From NCBI GenBank assembly GCA_002104945.1, contig MCFH01000003.1:806001-870000 (forward strand): 64,000 nucleotides of DNA, given 5' to 3'. How positions within the stretch are numbered: position 1 is the first letter of the stretch; each line of letters begins with the position of its first letter. A model generated the notes under the pieces. That model searched no databases. It worked only from the letters and a program-made list of their open reading frames with translations, and was not told where the DNA came from. A program made the position numbers and the translations under genes. Shown piece after piece: positions 59,287 to 64,000 of this stretch. This stretch comes from Piromyces finnis finn (Eukaryota > Fungi > Neocallimastigomycota).

Positions 59287-60028
59287 TAACAATAATAATA
59301 ATAACAATAGTAATAATAACAATAGTAGTAATAGTAATAATAGAAATAGTAATAATAACAATAGTAGTAATAGAAATAATAATATTAATAATGATAGCAA
59401 TAGTGAAGATAATAATTCTAATTTAGATAGTAATTTAGTTAATGATAGTAATAGTTCTAATAATCCGGTGAATATTAATGTGTATGATTATTCTAGTGTG
59501 TGCAGTAAAATATTTAAATTCCTTCTTGGGGGAAGAAGTTTTAACAATATCAATTACAATTCAAGGGAATGGAAAGAACTTTGTAAGCGTCAGATTCAAT
59601 CTGGTACTAACGAAGGAACACCATTCTTGACGGTAACCGCGGAACTTCTAACCAAAATCATGCCTTTTGCTATTGGCCAGCAATGGTCAATGTTCAAAAG
59701 GTTTGAAGCAACATCCAAGAGCGTCAATGCTGAAGAAACAGTAAGACAGGCCAGGAGGGCCAGCGCAACCAATGGAGATCATAATTTTGTTCCATGACAA
59801 AATTTTGATCTTTGGCTCGGTGTCCCATTGGAAGTCAAATACAATTATTATACTTTAGTATGATAGTGGCTTTCTTACTTTAATTAAAATTACTAGAATA
59901 CATTATACCCATTTTTTATTCATTTGTGTTTATTTAAACATATTTTTTTTATTTTTATTTTTTAATTTTTTATTACATGTATTATAATTTTAATTAAATT
60001 AATAATAAAGTTTAAAATATTTGATGCC

Positions 60029-60066
<38 letters not shown>
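59287..60066 (+). mobile_element. 5'-truncated non-LTR retrotransposon (LINE) copy: C-terminal ORF remnant, 3' UTR, poly(A)
   Basis: 35-nt poly(A) at 60032-60066. Exact 13-bp direct repeat TGCCCTCTTGGGT at 59274-59286 and 60067-60079 (TSD). The open frame ends ...SVNAEETVRQARRASATNGDHNFVP-stop at 59797. Shares its 3' segment with the SINE-like element. Confidence 0.75.
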
Positions 60067-60068
<2 letters not shown>

Positions 60069-60752
60069 CCCTCTTGGGTACGTGCCTTCATTTATTTAAT
60101 AAATGTAGTTTCTCAAGGGGGTCTACTCATGCTCATGGTACTGAGAGAGTAGAAAGAATTAAATCCAAGTATTGCGCAATGGATGCTTGGTTAGTCTTTA
60201 AGGATCCCTCTTGGGAACGTGCCTTCATTTATTTAATAAATGTAGTTTCTCAAGGGGGTCTACTCATGCTCATGGTACTGAGAGAGTAGAAAGAATTAAA
60301 TCCAAGTATTGCGCAATGGATGCTTGGTTAGTCTTTAAGGATCCCTCTTGGGAACGTGCCTTCATTTATTTAATAAATGTAGTTTCTCAAGGGGGTCTAC
60401 TCATGCTCATGGTACTGAGAGAGTAGAAAGAATTAAATCCAAGTATTGCGCAATGGATGCTTGGTTAGTCTTTAAGGATCCCTCTTGGGAACGTGCCTTC
60501 ATTTATTTAATAAATGTAGTTTCTCAAGGGGGTCTACTCATGCTCATGGTACTGAGAGAGTAGAAAGAATTAAATCCAAGTATTGCGCAATGGATGCTTG
60601 GTTAGTCTTTAAGGATCCCTCTTGGGAACGTGCCTTCATTTATTTAATAAATGGAATTTCTCAAGGGGGTCTACTCATGCTCATGGTACTGAGAGAGTAG
60701 AAAGAATTAAATCCAAGTATTGCGCAATGGATGCTTGGTTAGTCTTTAAGGA
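60069..60752. repeat. Tandem array of five 137-bp units, each folding into three hairpins; partial unit at 59217-59273
   Basis: Units start at 60069, 60206, 60343, 60480, 60617. Units 2-4 are identical; unit 1 has GGGT for GGGA; unit 5 has GGAA for GTAG. Confidence 0.95.
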
Positions 60753-61386
60753 AAAATTATTAGGACTAAGCTCATGGTACTGAGCGATTAAAAAACATTT
60801 TATTCATCGAATTTAAGTATTTGATGAATAAGTTGAATGTTTGATATTCAGGTAAGTTTGTATAGTATTTAATTAGAAGAGTAATACATTTTGTTGCTGT
60901 ATTTTTTCTTTTATTCATGTATTCATGTAGTACTATTCTTCTCTTGTAAGAATCCAATGTAGTCAACTTTAGCATTTGCATTGTATTTTTATATTCATGT
61001 AGCTATTGTTGTATTGTTTCTTGTAAGAGACTGATTCACTCTACATCATGTAAAAATACTATTCACAAGCTTTCTGGTGTTGACATTCTTGATTCAAATT
61101 TTTTTACCAATTTAAATATTTAATGAAAAGAAAAGTCAAACAAGTTTAGTGTCAAAAAGCGAATCGAATTTACTAACAACAAACCAAAACTAGAATTTTT
61201 AAAAAAAGTTAACAACTAGAATTCAAAAAAAAAAAAAACTTTAAACAAAGCATCGTAACAATTTTTGTACTATCCAGTACTTTTAAGAAGAGAGAGAGAG
61301 ACAGATTTTTTTCCATATACGTTATATTTATAATTTTTATTAGTATTTATTTTATATTCAATATTTTTTAATTAGAATTTATTATC

Positions 61387-64000
61387 ATGTCAGTCCTTTA
61401 TATTAAAGATAAGAATTATATCAGACGTGGTACCCGGTCTTATGGTATCCCCTTAGATGATATTCGCTCCTTCTTTATCCGTGGTATTCGGTCATGGTCA
61501 GTAAATATGCTATGGGAAAAACTCGAGGTTATTCTAGAAGATAAATTTAATTCAGTTATTAGTGTTAAATATTTTCAGACTTTCAATGATCACTTTTTCT
61601 TAGTCAAGGTTCATGGTTCAACAAAAGATTGTATTAAAATCTTACACATGTTAAAGAAGAAACTTTCAGTTACCTCAATTTCCTTTTCAGCTCGTAGTAG
61701 AAGGAATCACAAATACACTTTTTCCACTCTCAAACGTAAAATTTTAGTTTCTAATAAACATCAACATTCTATTCAACAATCATTTCAACAATCAGTTCAA
61801 CAATCTCATCAACAATCCGATCTTCAACAAGATCTTCAACAAGATCTTCAACAAGATCTTCAACAAGATCTTCAACAAGATCTTCAACAAGTTTCCCATC
61901 ATGAAAATATTCCAGATCTACAGCAAACACAATTTCAATCTCAACATTCAACAATTAATTCTAATAGCTCTATCAACTCTGATAACAGTTCAATAGTTGA
62001 TAGTTCTTCAGTTTCACAGCCATCTAGTAATAGTTCTACTTATTCCTCTGATGCATCATCCATTAATAACGATGACTTTAATAATAATAATAATAGCAAC
62101 GATTCTTCCTCATCCAACAAGCCTGATAACTTTTCTTTTTGTCTTAGTTGGAACACCAATGGGTGGAATCACGAAAAGAGAGATAGTATTAGCTATTTCA
62201 CAGCTATTTTCAAACCATTATTTTTATGTTTCCAAGAAACTGGTAATGGTTCTGGATCGAATACAGATTATCCTTGTCGTGTTACTTTGCGAAACTATAG
62301 ACACTTTTTCAAGAAAGCTGACGAATCAGTTCCTGGAATGAGAGGTTTATATTTAGGTTTTCACAATTCGTGTCAAGCCTCACTTGAAAACTTCTCTGGA
62401 AAGTATATTATTTCTATTTATACTTTTAGTCTCTGGAATAGATTTAAATGCTCGATTGGAAATGTTTATATGCCTCATAGTCATCACAACATCTATGTTG
62501 ATCATGCAAAGTTAGAAGTTCGCTTGTGGTTACAAACTCATTCATCCCATCCATCGATTCTTGTTGGTGATTTTAATATGTCTAAAGTAAAATTATCCAA
62601 CTGGTTATCAACTAATAGATTAGGAGATTGGGAGATTCTTCCGCTTAGAGGGTCTACTATCTCTTGGACTCGAGGTGAACAATCTTCCGACATTGACCAT
62701 GCTCTTATCAATTTGAAGATGAAAGATCTTATTCACTCAGGATCATTTATAAATAATTTTTATCCTGTATCAGACCATAAGCCACTTCTTATTAATGGTA
62801 AAATTATTCCTATGGAAGATTTTTCTAATGACTTTAATGTTCCTAAGAAAATTATGAAATGGAATAGATTAAAATGTATTGAGGAAAAGGAATCTATTCT
62901 CAGTCATAATAAATTCCAAATTCTTTCAGCAAAATTCAACGATCCTAATGTTTCTACAGATGAACTTTCCAAAGAGTTTACTTCAACTGCTTTTTCAATT
63001 GCAGACGAGCTCAGTATTACCTCAGCTAATAATGTTATAAAGTCTTCATTTCATATTTCACAACAAATTTTTAATCTTCAAAAAATCAAAATGAAGTTGT
63101 ATAAGAGATTTAAAAAAGAAAGAATTTATGATATAGATGAATTTATTAAAAGAATTAAAATCTACCGTAAGCTCATTGATTACATCCACAAAAGATGTAA
63201 TGAATTTAGGAAACAAGAATATATTCATTGGATTAAAACAGGATGTGAATATATGAAGAGTCATAATCCTAAGAAGGCCTGGAAATGGATCAAGAAAACT
63301 GCAAAAATTGGAAAAGATTCTTTCTTTATTGCTCAACCAATTAAAAATAAAAATGGAGAATTAGTTGTTGCTACGGAAGAACAACTAGATGTGTGGCATG
63401 ATCATTTCGAAAATCTTGCATCAGATCCAAGTGGTGTAAGTCTTGATTTAGAGCATTGGTATGAAGAACCAATGAATAAACGTTTTTCACTTCCTATGCT
63501 TGATGAATGGGATATCAACCAAGATATTAGTATTGATGAAGTCAAGTCAGCTATCCTCTCTACTCCAAATTATAAAGCATCAGGTCCGGATGGTATTCCA
63601 ATTGAATTTTACAAAGCATTAATTCCATCAAGTAATGATTCTAATAATGCTACAGATAATAATTCTTCCGGTAATACTACTTCAGATAATGATGCTCATG
63701 GTTTAAATTTTATTCTTAAATTATTCAACCGTATTTGGGATGGAGACTTTCCCAACTCATGGAATGAATCCAGTATTGTTTCTATTCCTAAGAAGGGAGA
63801 TTTGACAGATTGTGATAACTATCGAGGTATATCACTTATCAATAATGGTATTAAGTTGATTTCCAAAATTGTCACCACTAGAATTTCAGAATATGGTTTA
63901 AAGAATAATTTCATTAGACCTGAACAATTTGGTTTTCGAAAAAAGGAAGAAAGTATCAGTCTTTTCATTTCAATCCAAGAAATATGCCGTAGACGTCAAT
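61387..64000 (+). mobile_element. Non-LTR retrotransposon (RTE-like) single ORF: N-terminal domain, Q/S/N linker, AP endonuclease, reverse transcriptase; open to the window edge
   Basis: Stop-free frame from ATG 61387 to 64000 (absent from the ORF track because it is unterminated). APE motifs SWNTNG, CFQET, LVGDFN, SDIDH, SDHKP. RT motifs KASGPDGIPIEFYK, PKKGDLTDCDNYRGISL, EQFGFR. Confidence 0.92.
61822..61890 (+). repeat. 12-bp GATCTTCAACAA (DLQQ) x5 coding repeat in the LINE ORF linker
   Basis: Directly visible and in frame. Confidence 0.9.

Noticed and set aside
59126-59797. 223-aa ORF as a real gene
   Set aside because: It is a chance read-through from AT-rich flank across the repeat fragment and TSD into a LINE C-terminal remnant.
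60187-60216. 5S rRNA similarity (TGGTTAGT..GGAT..TGGGAA)
   Set aside because: Only short scattered matches. Box C and the rest of the 5S sequence and structure are absent.
60206-60342. Hammerhead/HDV/twister/pistol ribozyme in the repeat
   Set aside because: GAAA..CUU could fit hammerhead stem III, but no CUGANGA precedes stem II on either strand. The other cores match only in fragments (UCCCAAG, UUAAAU).
60074-60700. Four 71-aa ORFs in the track
   Set aside because: They start at TTG, overlap each other and simply reflect the 137-bp periodicity.
60069-60752. CRISPR array
   Set aside because: The units are identical end to end with no unique spacers, the context is eukaryotic, and there are no cas genes.
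60760-60785. Helitron 3' end on the minus strand (16-nt hairpin, then CTAA|T)
   Set aside because: The spacer is short, no matching 5' TC end could be identified, and the hairpin is simply the core of the repeat's H2.

Overview
Extremely AT-rich, intron-containing eukaryotic DNA, almost certainly from an anaerobic gut fungus (Neocallimastigomycota). The call rests on fungal non-catalytic dockerins, a CBM1 and beta-helix/EGF/class-C GPCRs. The ORF track is fragmented by introns, so genes were spliced by hand at GT-AG sites. Contents from left to right: a 7-exon secreted metallophosphoesterase with four dockerins and a CBM1 (326-4032, -); a polyA-tailed, probably tRNA-headed SINE-like retroposon (7684-8205, -); three tandem, mosaic class-C-GPCR-like receptor genes (8865-29802, +); a secreted Thr/Pro/Lys repeat mucin-like protein (32029-34617, -); an atypical PDI-like protein with a CPFS site (38868-42077, -); a flavin-reductase-like protein with a possible organellar presequence (46135-47871, +); an F-box plus XPA-like zinc protein (52854-54708, +); and a stand-alone bacterial-type trpB with four introns (56837-58686, +). 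The window ends in a retroelement nest: a 5'-truncated LINE with a 13-bp TSD, inserted at the head of a 5x137-bp array whose unit folds into three consecutive hairpins, followed by an intact single-ORF APE-RT LINE that runs off the window edge. The best novelty candidates are the hairpin array, the SINE/LINE shared 3' segment with a compensatory base pair, the cellulosome-tethered phosphatase and the TrpA-less TrpB.
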